Source: Lama guanicoe
Taxonomy: Eukaryota
NCBI GenBank assembly: GCA_013239625.1
Contig: MU056816.1
Span: 2,796,773 to 2,860,772, forward strand
Length of the DNA stretch: 64,000 nt
Direction of reading: 5' to 3'
The first letter of the stretch is position 1. Each line of letters begins with the position of its first letter. This document shows positions 41,901 through 54,649 of the stretch, piece after piece. The notes under the pieces are model-generated. The model had not been told where the DNA came from. It worked only from the letters and a program-made list of their open reading frames with translations, and searched no databases. Position numbers and translations under genes: made by a program.

Positions 41901-44900
41901 ATCTATTATGTGGTATATAACATTTATAGATTTTGCAGTGTTAAACCATTCTGGATTTGGTCTAATTTGTTTAGGATTTTGCTTCTCTGTACATAGGTGA
42001 GATTGGTCTGTGATTTTCTTTTCTTCTACTGTCCTCATGTGGTTTGGGTACCAAAGTCATACTGGATTTATAGAAGGAGGTGAAAAGGAAGTTTTCCTTC
42101 TTCTGAAAGATTTTAAGATTGAAACAATCTCTTCTTGAAGATTTCCTAGAACTTGCCAGCAGAAGCATTCAGGAAGTTTCAAAACTATGAAATTCCCTCT
42201 AAATACTGCTTTTATTGAATTCTATAAGTTTGAATATGTAACATTTTTATTATCATTCAGTTCTAAGAATTTTTATATTTTAATTGTATCTTCTTCAATC
42301 TGTGAGATTTTGAGTGTTTTAAAATTTCCAAAAGCAGTTTTCTTACTTCTCTTTTTTGTTATTAATGTCTAACTTAATTGCATTGTGAATGGAGAATGTG
42401 GTTTTTTGGTACTGAACATTTGAAATTTGAAAAATGTTTGAAATTTGTTTAGATTTGCTTGTGGCCTAGTACATGATCAGCTTTTGTAAATGTTCCATGT
42501 GTGTTTGAGAACATGGGTTTTTTTTTAAATTTTCAGGTGTGGAAGTCAGGCTCTTTAATTGTATTGATCACATTATCTAAAATATTTACTAATTTTTTGT
42601 TTACTATCAATAGTTGAGAGAGATGTTTTGATATTCATAAATTTATCATTATTCACAGCAGTTTTATCAGATTTTGCTTTATACGGTTTCAGCTTATTTT
42701 ATCTAAATTCTTAAAAGTTTAGAATTATTAGATCTTGCTAGTGACTTGAAGAATTTGTCACTATATGACACATCTTAGCCCTAATAATTTTGTCTTGAAA
42801 CCTATTATATCTGATATTAACAGCTCTGCCAGTTTTATTTTGGTAATATTTGCCTGTTTGTTTCTTTTTTTTTTTTCCTTTCAGCCTTTCTATGTTTTCA
42901 CTTTTTAAGTCTTTTAAAAATGGCATATAGCTGGAATTTTTGAAAAAATCCAATTGGATTATCTCTGCCCTTTGATTTATTTTTTAAATTCATTTATGTT
43001 TATTATGATTAATGTTACATTGGGACTTTTTCCTACCATCTTTAGTTTCTTTTTTGTCTTGTGTCTTTTGTGCTTCTCGCCTTTGTTTTTCTTACTATTT
43101 ATTTTTTTCCTCCTAATTTAGATTTTGTATTCCATTCTTTTAGAACTTGGCCTTTAAATTTCACCTTGCATATTTAGCTTAACATCTAAACTTAATATTT
43201 AACCCTTATCTCAAACAATATGTAGATTTTAAAGCATTTAAAATGTTTTAATGCGCCAATCGCCCCTCCCCCTTCTGTCTTCCATGCTAATTATTGGCCA
43301 GTATTTTATTTCTGTCTTCCTTTTAATTGTTGCTATCTTGTAGTGATACCTTCCATTTGGCCTTCCCTGCATGTTTCCCTGTTTATTTGCCCACCATTCC
43401 TTTTTAGAACTCAGATTATCTTTCGGGGATCATTTTCCTTCTTCCTAAAATAGCTCTTTTAGAAATTCCTTTATGAAAGTTTGTTGGTAGTAAACCTTGT
43501 TTTTGTTTTTACATAAATGTATTTCACCTTTGTTAGGAAAGAATAGTTTTGCTGGCTTACTGTCAAATTCTAAGCAGTTATTTTCTCTCAACATTTAGAA
43601 GGTTTTCCACTGTTAGCTTAAATTGTTGCAGTGAAAAAGTCTACTGTTGTTCTAATTTTTGTTCCTTTGAAGCAGTCTCTTCTCTCTGACTGCTCTTTAA
43701 GTTCTCCTCTGTTTTCTTTGGTATTCTAAAGTTTTACTGCAATATGTCTAGATGTGGGTTTCTCTTTATTTCTTTAAGTTGATACCTTGTTGGTTTCCTG
43801 GGTCTTTGAATTTAGTTTTTTCATTAATTTGGGGGAAATTCACAGCCAGCATCTTTTTAAATATTGCTTTTCCTTCATTCTTTCTTCGCTTCTGTGCTCT
43901 GATTAGTTGTAGGTTAAACTTTCATTCTGTTCTCTCTTTTTAGTAAATAAACATGTAATTAGATGAGAAAGGAAGCTGTTGTCCTCGCCCGCACAGTTAG
44001 GTGACCGGAGAGAATGTCAGCTCTGCCTTCTGAAGTGGAATTCTCTAGACTCTCTGATCCCATGAAGATGTGCTTAAACCAGTGGCCTTTGATAATAGCT
44101 GGAAGATGCCATCCACCTAGGTCCGCACTGGCACCTCTTTGAGGTTCTCATGAGAGACTCAGTCTTAGCATCCCAGCTCGAGGCTGGCATCAGACTCAGC
44201 TTCCCGATAGCAGAATTGCATGGCCATCTACCTTCTGATAGCCCTGTGTCTCCCAGTTGTCTCCTTCTCTGGTTCCAGCCCTCTGCTCCCAGGCCAATTT
44301 TTTTTTAATGAAATTAAGAAAATTTTTTATGAGGAGGGTAATCTTTGGAGATTTCCCCAACCTCTTGTGAGACTAGCAGTGTCTTAAAGTATATCACCTT
44401 TCCAGCATTTAGCTGTTCCATGATGGGAATGTTGTAAGGACCTAGTTGTTAATGATGACAGAATTGGGAAAGTCCGCTGACACCAGAAAACTCAACTCTG
44501 TATGTGTGTGTGTTTCTACAGGAATTCATTGAAGAGTTGCTGTCTCCCCCTTTTGGGGGTTTGGTGGCATTTGTGAAGGAAGCTGAGGCTTTGATTGAGC
44601 GTGGACAAGCTGAACGACTTCGAGGGGAAGAAGGTAGGAGGGTGGTGTGGTAGTGGTGGGGTCAGTGGAAAGGTGAGCAGAAAAGAAAAATTTGAGGATG
44701 CAGATTACATGGGAGGGTGTAGAGCAGGAAAGAGTAGGTGGGGAGAACACTAGAAAAGAGGGGATGCCTGATGAGTACGCCTGTGCCTTGGGGAGGACTT
44801 GGAGGGATCAAATATCACTTAGCCATAATCTCTTTCTTCCTGTTGTCAGCCCGGGTTACTCAGCTGATCCGTGGCTTTGGTAGTTCCTGGAAATCATCGG

Positions 44901-45320
44901 TGGAGTCTCTAAGTCAGGATGTAATGCGGAGTTTCACCAACTTCAGAAATGGAACCAGTATCATCCAGGTTATCTGTACCTCCCCTTCCCCACTCCCACC
45001 CCACCCCATCACTCATTTTTCCCCCTTTTCTCTGGGCTCAGAATCATACAAGTGACCCTTGATCTTCAACTACCAGCTGTGCCCAGAGTTCTAGATGAGC
45101 CCTAACCTGATTCCTGATCATCACCCTTAGCACCACCCCACAGTCTCATCCCTCTGTGACTTTCTCTGACCAGGGAGCGCTGACCCAGCTGATACAGCTC
45201 TATCATCGTTTCCACCGGGTGCTGTCTCAGCCCCAGCTCCGAGCCCTCCCTGCCCGGGCTGAGCTCATCAACATCCACCACCTCATGGTGGAGCTCAAGA
45301 AGCACAAGCCCAACTTCTAA
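32333..45320 (+). CDS. VPS52: VPS52 subunit of the GARP/EARP complexes, 723 aa
   Basis: 20 exons: 32333-32422, 33251-33335, 33487-33539, 33717-33792, 33981-34048, 34352-34527, 34923-35073, 35405-35505, 35616-35748, 35889-35946, 36300-36433, 36846-37001, 37437-37555, 37813-37936, 38234-38329, 38430-38537, 38761-38826, 44522-44633, 44850-44968, 45174-45320, total 2172 nt. MAAAATMAAAARELVLR..ELKKHKPNF*. Confidence 0.97.
33793..33980 (+). other. U12-type (minor spliceosome) GT-AG intron, VPS52 intron 4
   Basis: 5' site GTATCCTC; branch TCCTTGAC at 33960-33967, 13 nt from the 3' end; no polypyrimidine tract. The junction restores SIRDYIQESEN. Confidence 0.88.
35193..35278 (-). mobile_element. tRNA-derived SINE
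   Basis: Reverse complement of the same consensus. Confidence 0.8.
35947..36299 (+). other. U12-type AT-AC intron, VPS52 intron 10
   Basis: 5' site ATATCCTG; branch TTCCTTGAC at 36278-36286; ends ..TTCAC. The junction restores EDTAKKGFFSKPSL. Confidence 0.92.
38877..38903. repeat. (TG)n microsatellite
   Basis: Directly visible in the sequence. Confidence 0.95.
40528..40640 (-). mobile_element. tRNA-derived SINE, long form, running into the assembly gap
   Basis: Tail and B box present; the 5' end is in the N-run. Confidence 0.78.
40641..40842. other. Assembly gap (202 N)
   Basis: N-run. Confidence 0.99.
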
Positions 45321-45791
45321 TGTGCGGGACCTGGGAGTCACCCACCCTCTTGATGGCCTTCTGTACCCCTTCCCATGCCCTTCGTTGCCTGGGGTCCCCC
45401 TTCCAATTTTCCACTTGCCTCCTGGGCCCTTGACATGCCTAAGCCTGCCTTCATTGCCAGGATCCTGCCTCATCAGGATAAGCTGGATCCCCTTGGCTTT
45501 CTGACTCTCCTATGTCTTCAGGTTTCCCAGAACCACTTCCTCTTGGGCTTCCAAAATGACCTTTATTATTTTTCCCATTTTGTCATTCCCTTCCTTCCCC
45601 CGACTGTCCCACACCCAAGGCTCTTTTCTTCTTGCAGTCAAACTTTCATTGCCACAATCTCTTGTTCATTCAGCTCTTATCACCATGTCGTGAGGTGTGA
45701 CACCTCAGCTCTTGGAATTGGTTTGGTAAGGGGAGACTGCCCCATAATGGTTGGGGTTTTTTGTCTGTTCTTTCATTCAATGTGGTTTCGT

Positions 45792-45859
45792 TTCTTTTTT
45801 TTTTTTTTTAATGGAGGTACTGGGGATTGAACCCAGGACCTTGTGCATGCTAAGCATGC
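45792..45859 (-). mobile_element. 5'-truncated SINE in the VPS52 3'UTR
   Basis: Poly(T) and B box; TSD TCAATGTGGTTTC / TCAAAGTGGTTTC. Confidence 0.8.
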
Positions 45860-45950
45860 TCAAAGTGGTTTCATGTCTGTAGCTTTTTGACCTGAGATCT
45901 CAGCAACTTGAACACTAACCAGTCCTCTCCAAGGTCAGTCTGCAGAAAAC

Positions 45951-45956
45951 AATAAA
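45951..45956 (+). terminator. VPS52 polyadenylation signal
   Basis: AATAAA about 630 nt after the stop. Confidence 0.7.
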
Positions 45957-46699
45957 TATTTAATATGACATAACACTCTTCTCCCATTACCTTTCTCCTT
46001 CCTCCTGGGACCTTCAAGTAGCCCCATCTCTGCTCCAGGGTCACCTTTGCTCTCTACTTCCTGGGCCTACATCCCTTCTGGTGGGTGTCCAGAAAATAGG
46101 GGCACACAGTAACCTCTAACCTCTAGCTGCTTCAGGCCAAAAGAGGTGGTGGCATTGGTTTTAGGGTTGGTTCTGTTTCATGAGTAACCCACCTGCTGGA
46201 GGAAAGTAGCCCCTGGTTAAAGTGGCAGGTGCATCAAGGGCTGGGAACATGGCTATGCAGCCTCAGGCACTGTCCTAAAGGCTACCTTCGCTCCCTGATA
46301 CCAGCTCTCCATGCCTCCTGCCTCCTCAAGCTGACCCTGGGACGGCCTCCTCTCCTTCAGTGTCAGCTCCCAGTTCCTCTAGTTGTGGTTGTCACAGCCC
46401 CTTGCTGGAGGGCTGTAGCATCCACACCACTGGGGCAGGAGTAGGCCAGGTTCGCAATATGACCATCTTACCCATGTCTGTTATTAACTTGGCGCCTTCC
46501 TGCTGCCGCTGCCCTTATACCTCATTTGAACTGACTAGACTGGAGAGACGTGGGGGCGCCTATAAGTCCTTACGGGGAAGGCCTGGGCAGTCAGGGGAAA
46601 ATGGTAATTTGGAGATGTTTACTACACCCCTATGGCCTAATCATTCCTTCCCAGCCTCCAGCGAGTGGGGGAAGGAGAGCTGTTTCTTCTCCTAGCTTA

Positions 46700-47300
46700 G
46701 GGCTTCTGGATGCAGGCCCAGCCTGCCCACGGAGGCCCAGAGAATAAAGGTACAAAAGGGCGCCGCGTGTGGTCGGAGAGGCCAGCGCATCGCGATGCGG
46801 GGCTGGAGCAGTTTTGGCCGGTGGGCTCTGCCGATTGGCTGCCACATGGAGAGGGCGTGACAGGGCCACTGTAGCCGCCTTCTCCCGCTCCCGCCTTTTT
46901 TTAGGTTCCGCCCCATCTCCGAGAGCAGCGTTCCGATGGGCTTTGGGAACTCTGTCTCTGCGCTTCAGCCCCGCGGCCAGTCAGAAGGGCGGGGGAGGGT
47001 GGTAAAGATGTTGGAGGTGGAGAGCGGCTCCTGATTGGCTCAGATGCCTCAGGGGCAGAACCAGGACGGTGTCCTTAACCGACCTCACCCCAGGTCACCG
47101 CCACGTTCCCCAGCCTCTTCATTCTTCATGGTTTCCCCTGCCTGACTGCCCTAGATATTGCCTGAGGCCTGCCCCTTAATAGGTAGTGGTGTGCGGGGGT
47201 TTGGGGAATCCGAACCTCACCCTGGGCACCGGCCCCAGGAATCCTCTGTCCTTCCACCTTCCTTTCCCTTTCCTGGCGCACGTACCTTCTAACCTCACCC
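46700..47300. promoter_or_regulatory. Orphan CpG island downstream of VPS52 (possible antisense lncRNA promoter)
   Basis: CpG-rich; two GATTGGCT CCAAT boxes (near 46833 and 47033); GC boxes; no adjacent coding exon found. Confidence 0.6.
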
Positions 47301-49270
47301 CCACCAGGGGGATCCAGATGTTCTCACATTTGACCTGATTAAGCACGATGACAGAAGGACCCACCCAGGTTTTGGGACTTGGGACAAGGGAAACGTAGGC
47401 AGCTTTAACAGAGCAGGTTCCCAGACAAGTAGTCTCTGGATATCCCATGAAGGAGATTGCCGAGACAGACGACTTCATCGAATGTCAACTAATGCTCCGA
47501 TGGGAGAAGGGCCGTGCAGGCAGGCATCTAGGTTTTCGAAGTTCTGAGCTTCCTTTTTATCCATCCACGAACCCAAATATTCACGGTCGACCTACAAGCA
47601 TGGTTTTTGGCAGGCCTCAGTGAGGGGTATCGCTGGGATATAAGGAGTCTCGTATTCTGAAATCTGGAGGCACTGAAGTTATATCGAAGCACACAATTTT
47701 CAGGGACATTCCAACTGCCCCAGGAAGCCAAAGGAGCCCTCTGACCCAAAAGTCTCAGGATGGCACGAAGAGACAGAATAGCGTGAAAGGGAGCCGCAAT
47801 AATTATACTGACCTCCATGGGGCAGCATCGACCAGGGGATGGAGTTCTCTGTCAGCTCAAACCATGACCAGTCTCTGATGCCTTGTTGGCTCAAGAAGGC
47901 AGTGAGGCTTCTCCCATGCCACCTTCACGCTGAAGCAACTGAGTGGCCTTCCCTTTAGTCTAAAAACATTCAGTCCTGTGGCTTAGATGGGTCCTTGTGA
48001 TCCCCAGGCTGAAACTCGTAGCTTCTCATCACCTCTCAAACTTCTCCCTCACTGCTTTCCTTTGGTGAGACAGACACACTGGCTTTTCAGACCCAGAATC
48101 ATCAAGGATCGCTCCCTAACACAGGACTGTGTCCATATTCACCTTCCTTTTGCTAATCTAAGACCCGGGTCTGTATCTGGTACAAAAGTCTCTATCCTTA
48201 CCTAGTGTCATATAGAAAGGACTTGGAGGAGTCCTTATGGGTTGTAGTGAGCCCTAACACTGTTAGGGGATCTCTGTCCTTTAGAAAAATATCATTTCTA
48301 TTTCTACACCTCTGTACCCTCTGCTTTCCCGGAGTTATTTCTTAATTGGGCTCTCGGGGAAACATTTACTCGATGTTCAACAGCTTCTGCGTAAAACCGG
48401 GGTGCACCTCCCAGCAACAATTTCTGAGTTATTGAATGTGAACATGTATCCTGAGAACAGAAGAAGTAAGGGATTCCTCTTTTCTTCCCATCCTATCAAT
48501 ATGGAGCCATCCACCTTTCATTTAAGAAGGGTAGCTTTTTTGATTTTAGGAAATCAGGCAGTAGGAGAAGCAGGCAAATTGGCTGGTTTCCAACACAGAT
48601 TTAGGGTAAAGATTCAAAGAAAGAAGGAGAAAGCAAGACTAAGACAACTCTGAGCGGAAGAAAAGAAATCAGCTCTCTCCATCCTGGGAAAAATGGCTAC
48701 AGCAGTTCATGGTGCATCTGAGTTTATAGAGTGTTTTCAGATACAGTATTTACTAAACCAAGGCATATTTATTGATCCCCTTCTCAGTGTTCTGTGATAG
48801 GCACTGTGGATTCAGCAGAGAATCAATCAAGGTCCCTGATCTGATACTGCAGATCTTTCATCTCTTTGAATTCACACACCTGCCCTCAGAGGAGATGTTC
48901 TTCCTGTTTCATATGCTTGAATAAAGTGATGAGCCCAACACTACACAGCTATTCAGTGGTTTGAAACTTCTATGTCCAAAATTCATCTCTTGTTCCATGA
49001 CTTCAGGCTTTGAGTCATGGAGCTGAGGAAGCAGCTGTTTGTAGAGAAATAACAAATTCACTCTAAGAAGAGTTAATTATTGGAAGGATATTTAAAGAAT
49101 TGAGGAAAAAGCTGAATAGTCAGGATTTTGAAAGGACAGAACCAGGACAGTTCCAGGATTTAGGGAGAGTCAGAAGGCTGGGGACAGGCAGGACACGTTC
49201 TCACCTGACTTCCTTTCCACTCTGAGACATCACTGGCTCTAATGGGAGGATCTCAAAGGATCTGTGAGTC

Positions 49271-49405
49271 GGGGCATTTATAGCTCAGTGGTAGGCTGCA
49301 TGTTTAGCACGCAGAAGGTCCTGGGTTCAATCCCCAGTACCTCCATTTAAACAAACAAACAAATAAACAAACCTAATTACCTCCCCCCAAAAAGAAAAAA
49401 AAAAT
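49271..49405 (+). mobile_element. tRNA-derived SINE, long form
   Basis: A and B boxes, (AAAC)n-CTAATTACCTCCCC tail, TSD GATCTGTGA. Confidence 0.82.
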
Positions 49406-49689
49406 TTTTGAAAGAGATCTGTGAATGAGGATAGGGAAAAATTATACTTTATTTTCTCCAACTTCAAACTGAAATTTAGTATTTCTTCCAAGGCAGTAAG
49501 AGGCTGCATTTTCTGTAGAGGATTTTAAAATTGTACTAAAATCGACTTTTTATTTTTACCATGCACCAGCAATTCAGTAACACGCCTCCCCCTCGTACAA
49601 CCCCCTCCCACTTCGCCTTGCTTGGTGTATCACTGCACACAGGAGTTTAACCATATTCAGTTCACATACACACGTAGCCTTTTGAGACC

Positions 49690-50860
49690 CCCCCACCCCT
49701 TTTCCACTCAACTCTCACTTTCTTTTGAGGTCTCCTCAACCTGATAGCCTGTAATCCCATCAATGACTTGATGGCTCCCAAACCACCTTCCATGGATGAT
49801 TTGAATCTAACAATCAGCTTCCTCTGCATTCCTCAAGGACATAGAGTCCACACCAGCTTTGTGCCTATCAAAGAAAAAGAGCTTCCTACTTTGTCTGAAC
49901 TTGGAACGTTCTACTCAAGGGTCTTTGATTTCATTCAGCACCAATGGGTCATCCACTAATAAGATAAAATATATTTTTGATGTGACGACTCACTCATGGT
50001 ACCTTCCCTGTGGCCCATCTCTCCTTTCAGGTGTCCAGTCCAATTGTTTACTTTGCAGAAACAGCTTCTTCTCATAGACTTTGTACTTATTATTCTTTTT
50101 TGAGGCATCGTATTCCTCATTTAGCTGAAACTTTGCCACTTTGACCTCTAATTTCTAGCTTCTAATTTCATCTTCATCAAAAAGTTTTAATGCAAGATCT
50201 GAAGATCCCTCTTCAAATAACAGCAAAGCCCATCTCCTTTAAGATTTCTTTATGTTTGTAAAACTTGACCTTAAATTCTTCTGAGGATCTCCCATAATAA
50301 CGCAGACTTTTTTTTTAATAACGCAGACTTTTGATGTGAGCTGTATAAATTCATCCACTGTAATGTCTGAAGGCAAACCGGACATATAATACCTTTGTAT
50401 TTCTATCTTTGTCAACATGAAACTATCTTGTTTCTTCCTTTTATCTCCTCTCTCTTTGGGATCAGTGGGTTTGGTGTTTGTCTTTGCAGAAGTTTCTCTG
50501 CATCCCTAGTATTGACGTCTTGTACTTTTTCCATAAAGCTAGACACGCTATCATTAGAAAAGCCATAATTGGCTTGATAGCATAGCAATGAAACCTTCTG
50601 TGGTCTTGGGGAATCAAGCCTTCTCATCCAGATTCCATGCGTAGGCAGTGTCCCCAGGCTGCTGCCCGAAAGAGTCCATTTTTCTACCGGGATCTTCTCT
50701 ATTCTTGGAGTCTCAATACATTCCTGCATTTGCAACTGCTCATCAAACTTCTCATTCCCATCCCAGGGGTTGCTACTCGGGTTTCCTATAGGGCAGGGTC
50801 CAGGTGAGCGAAGAGGCTGCTCTGCCGGGCTTGGGAGCCACCACCGAGTGTATCTGAGGC
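49690..50860 (-). pseudogene. Processed HTATSF1 (Tat-SF1) pseudogene covering part of the 5'UTR and both RRM regions; 3' part missing
   Basis: Intronless minus-strand translation gives DGNEKFDEQLQMQE, YQANYGFSND, SGLPSDITVDEFIQL, LKGDGLCCYLKR, DDPLVLNEIK, FDRH and YQVEETS, matching Tat-SF1. The start codon is lost (CCG near 50780) and there are many stops and frameshifts. Confidence 0.9.
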
Positions 50861-52671
50861 CACTGCCCAGACATTGTTCTAAACATGAACGCACTAAGTC
50901 ATTGAGTCGTCACAGCAACTCTGTGGGGTAGGTACTATTGTTATGTCCATTTTACAGAAGAGGAAATGGGGGCCTGGAGACCTGACCGAAGGTTGTGCTT
51001 GACAAGGTCTGCTCTTGAGGCCACATCCTTAACCATCACTTTCCATGGCTTCCCAGAGACTAACTGGATGAAATCCCGCCTGCATCCCAGCCCTGTTTTT
51101 ATCATTTAGGAGTGAAAATGTAAACTCCCTGGCCCGCCTGCTCTTCCGCGCCGCGCACTGTCTTCTCGGCGGCATTCTCGGTGCTTTCTGCCTCTGACCC
51201 CGCCCTCCACTGGCCCCTCCCCAACCTCCCCGCCTGCCTCTGATAAGCTTCAAATCTCCTCCTTCCCTTAACTTCTCCTTGGCGTGCTCCCTCCACGTCC
51301 TGACTTTAACCGAAATCTAATCCTCCCTTGAGTGTACTACCCCCTCTGCAGGCTTCTGAAATGAGAGCTGTTTATTTTCTTATAGGTGAGGGTGCTTTCC
51401 TTGCTCCACATTGCTGTCTGCAGACTCCTCCTCCTCCACCCCCAGTTTCTAGTTTAAAATAACCTTCTGCCTCGGAGGCTCAGCCATTGGGCTAAATTGC
51501 TGTCTTCCTTCCTCTTTGCTACTGTCTGCCACCTCCCAGGCCTCTCCACCTCACGCAGGGGGATGCTGGCGCTCGGCGGACTGTTTGTCTCTTCCTATGT
51601 CACTGTCCGAGTAGAGGACTCATTACCCACCTGGCTTCTCAACATCTTAGTGGCTTCATCCCCTGGACCTTCTCCACTCCAACTTGGAATAGTTCTCCAA
51701 GTCACATTCTCACTGTCACACCCTGGACCTCATCATCTGAAGCAGCTCCTCTGCCAGAATCACATATTCAAGCAGCCTGCCTCAGCCCCCATCTCCTAAC
51801 CTCTGCCCATCACTCTCTACTCCTCTCACAATCATTTTTCAGTCTCCTGGGACCTCCAGATCAATGATGCCTCCCTCCGATCCATCAGCCTCTCTTTACC
51901 CACTTCAGCTGCGTAGATCCTCATTTCAACAACTCTCTTGACAATATCCCAAATTCCCTTGTGCCTCTATATTTTCATCCTTGGTACCTCTCAGGCTAAA
52001 ATAAACCTCAACCCTAGGTTTGGTGGATGATCTGTTGCTTCAGGATCTTACTTTGAGAGCTAAAACGTGTTGGGAGAAGCCGCCAGCTGGGAAATGGTCA
52101 CCCCTTCTCATTCATGGTCCCTAAGGACCCAGCATTGCTTAGTGACCCAGCCACATCACGCTGGTCATTGGTTACTTTAAACTCACTGATCCTGGAACCC
52201 ATGAGCTTCCTCTTTGCCTCTCACCTTACTCTCAGTTGATGATCTCACTCTTATGTCACAGAGAAAACTGAAGCCATTAGAGGTGAACTCCCTCAACCAC
52301 CTGTAACCAAATCCACACAGCACCTGTAACCATCTGTCCTTGTTCCTATTAGAACAGAGAGATGGTTCTCCAACTTTGTGCATGTTAAAACGTGTTTCCT
52401 TTTCAGCAGGGTGGGTGGGGGCCAGAATTTTTATTTGTAAATTATTTCCAGGTGATGCTTGATGCTCTGGCTGGGGATCCCACTTTGAGAACCAGCGGAG
52501 TAGAGACATGGCCCTCTTCCTGCCCAAAGCCAGTCTCTCTACCCATGACTACATCCCATCTCCTCGATTACCCCCTTTCCCCTCCTGAATTTTCAGCCTC
52601 TCTCTCTAAGTTAAACAAAACAAACCAAACCCCTCCTCCACTTCACTTCCCCTCTGACTGCTCCCTGTACC

Positions 52672-52990
52672 TTTTTTTCTAATTGAAGTATAGTCAGTTT
52701 ACATTGTTGTATCAATTGCTGATGTACAGCATGTTTCAGTCATACATATACATACATGTATTCCTTTTCATATTCTTTTTCATTATAGGTTACTACAAGA
52801 TATTGAATATAGTTCCATGTACAATATAATATAAACTTGTTGTTTGTCTATTTTATATATAATAGGATCTGCTAATCTCAAACTCCCAATTTATCCCTTC
52901 CCACCGCTTTTTTCTTCTGGTAACCATCAGTTTGTTCTCTATGTCTGTGAGTCTGTTTCTGTTTTGTAAATAAGTTCACTTATGTCATTT
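52672..52990 (-). mobile_element. 5'-truncated LINE-1 3' end (artiodactyl-type)
   Basis: T-run + AATTGAAGTATAGTCAGTTTACA; imperfect TSD CTCCCTGTACCTTT / CTCCTTGTATCTTT. Confidence 0.75.
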
Positions 52991-54529
52991 CTCCTTGTAT
53001 CTTTCAATGGCCTCATCCAGCCTCACTCTCACACACAGCACATGTACCTTGATTGGATCCTGATTTGAAAAGACACATTAAAGACATTTTGGGGTTAATT
53101 GGGGGAAATTTGAGTATATTCTGCATATCAGATAGTATTAGGGACTGACTGTTATTTCCTTAGCTGGAATCATCTTTATTTTGAGGTGACGTGTGCTGAA
53201 GTGTTAAAGTGTGAAGCATCGTGACTTCCTAAATTTTCACATGGTTCAAGAAAGATATATAAACATGTAAAGATTGTATGTATGTATAAATGATAATGAT
53301 TGTTAAGTCAAGTAGTGGATGGACAAGAGATAACTGTACTATAGTTTCAACTTGTCTGTATGTTTGAAACTTTTCATAAAGTTTCATTGGAGGAAAGTTC
53401 TCTCTCTAATCCCTCACTCCCACTCACTGCTCAGCCCCTCCAGGTTGGTGCCTGCCTCTCCCATGCCATGCAACTCCTTTTGCTATGACCCTCCTGTCAT
53501 TAAATCCACTTTTTAGCTTTTCCCCTGCTAGGTCAACACTGTTGACCAATTCTGTTTTGAAACGCTGTCTTTCTTTGGCTTCCAAGACTGAGCACTCTCC
53601 TGGTTTTCCTCCTCCCCCTTTGGCTGCTCCTTGCTTCTTTGTTGGCTCATCCTGCTGGGTCATGAGTCCTGGACTCTCCTCTTCTCATGCTACACTTCCC
53701 CTCCAGAAAATTCATCCCACCTGCCCCATGGCTTTGTTGCTATCAGCTGATCACTTCCCTCTGATCTCCAGAGTTGTGTATCTGACTGCCTACCTGGATG
53801 TCTCAAAGATACCACAAGCTTAGCATATTGAAAAGTGAACATGTGAAAGTGTATATGAATAGGATCACAAATAGTGCCATCCTTAGATCTGGACCACAGG
53901 AGCCTGCCCTGGTCCGTAGACATTGGGGGACCTCACCTATCATATACAATATTTATTAAACAACACCTGGGCACCTCTGTCACTTGGGATCTGGCCCTAA
54001 GCTCTGGCACAGCACAACCTGAAACCCTGACATCTGCTCTCATAATTAACACCCTTCAGGCCCCAGGGAAATGCTTCTGCAATCTCTTGCCTGGTATCCT
54101 GGAAACAAAAAATGACTACAATCAAATCCTTTGAAAGTTTGAGGTTGTGCCTCTGTCAGATTCTGAGACACACACTATTTTGGAACGTAGGGAGAATTTA
54201 AGTATTTGAAATACTTAGGTAAGAGAAAATACAACTTAACTAATTTGTCAAATACCTTTCAAATAGCACGATAAATTATCATTTCCCAGCAGTGTTGAGT
54301 GTCTGCTTTTCTCACTTCTTGTGATCTAGGAGTGTGCTGTGCTGCATTCACAAGAGCTGCAAGTGATAGTTGAGGAACATTTTGCAAAACCAAATGATTC
54401 TTATTACTGTTAAATTTTATGCATGTAGATCTAGACATAACTTTCGTGAAGCATGATATTGATCACATCGGTAAGTGGGTGAACACTGAATACTAGGTTA
54501 TGACGAGTTGATTTCTATAAAACTATTTT

Positions 54530-54649
54530 CTGAGGGGGAGGTAATTAGGTTTCTTCATTGATTTCCACTTGAAGGAGGTATGGGGATTAAACCCGGGACC
54601 TTTTGGGTGCTGAGCAGACACTCTACCATTTGAGCTATACCCTTTGCCC
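54530..54649 (-). mobile_element. tRNA-derived SINE, long form
   Basis: Flanked by TSD CTATAAAACTATTT. Confidence 0.8.

Larger units (their letters stand above)
39000..44450 (-). mobile_element. Old fragmented LINE-1 filling VPS52 intron 17
   Basis: T-rich plus strand. The minus-strand remnant SFYKSSMTLVPKP..KENHRPIS (41971-42168) resembles the L1 ORF2 reverse transcriptase. Confidence 0.75.

Noticed and set aside
47300-47900. Possible decayed coding sequence
   Set aside because: Unique, CpG-retaining sequence, but no frame resembled a protein I recognise; treated as a CpG-island shore.
50412-50894. 160-aa ORF as a novel protein
   Set aside because: It drifts in and out of the HTATSF1 frame and the parental start is lost; a chance open frame in a pseudogene.
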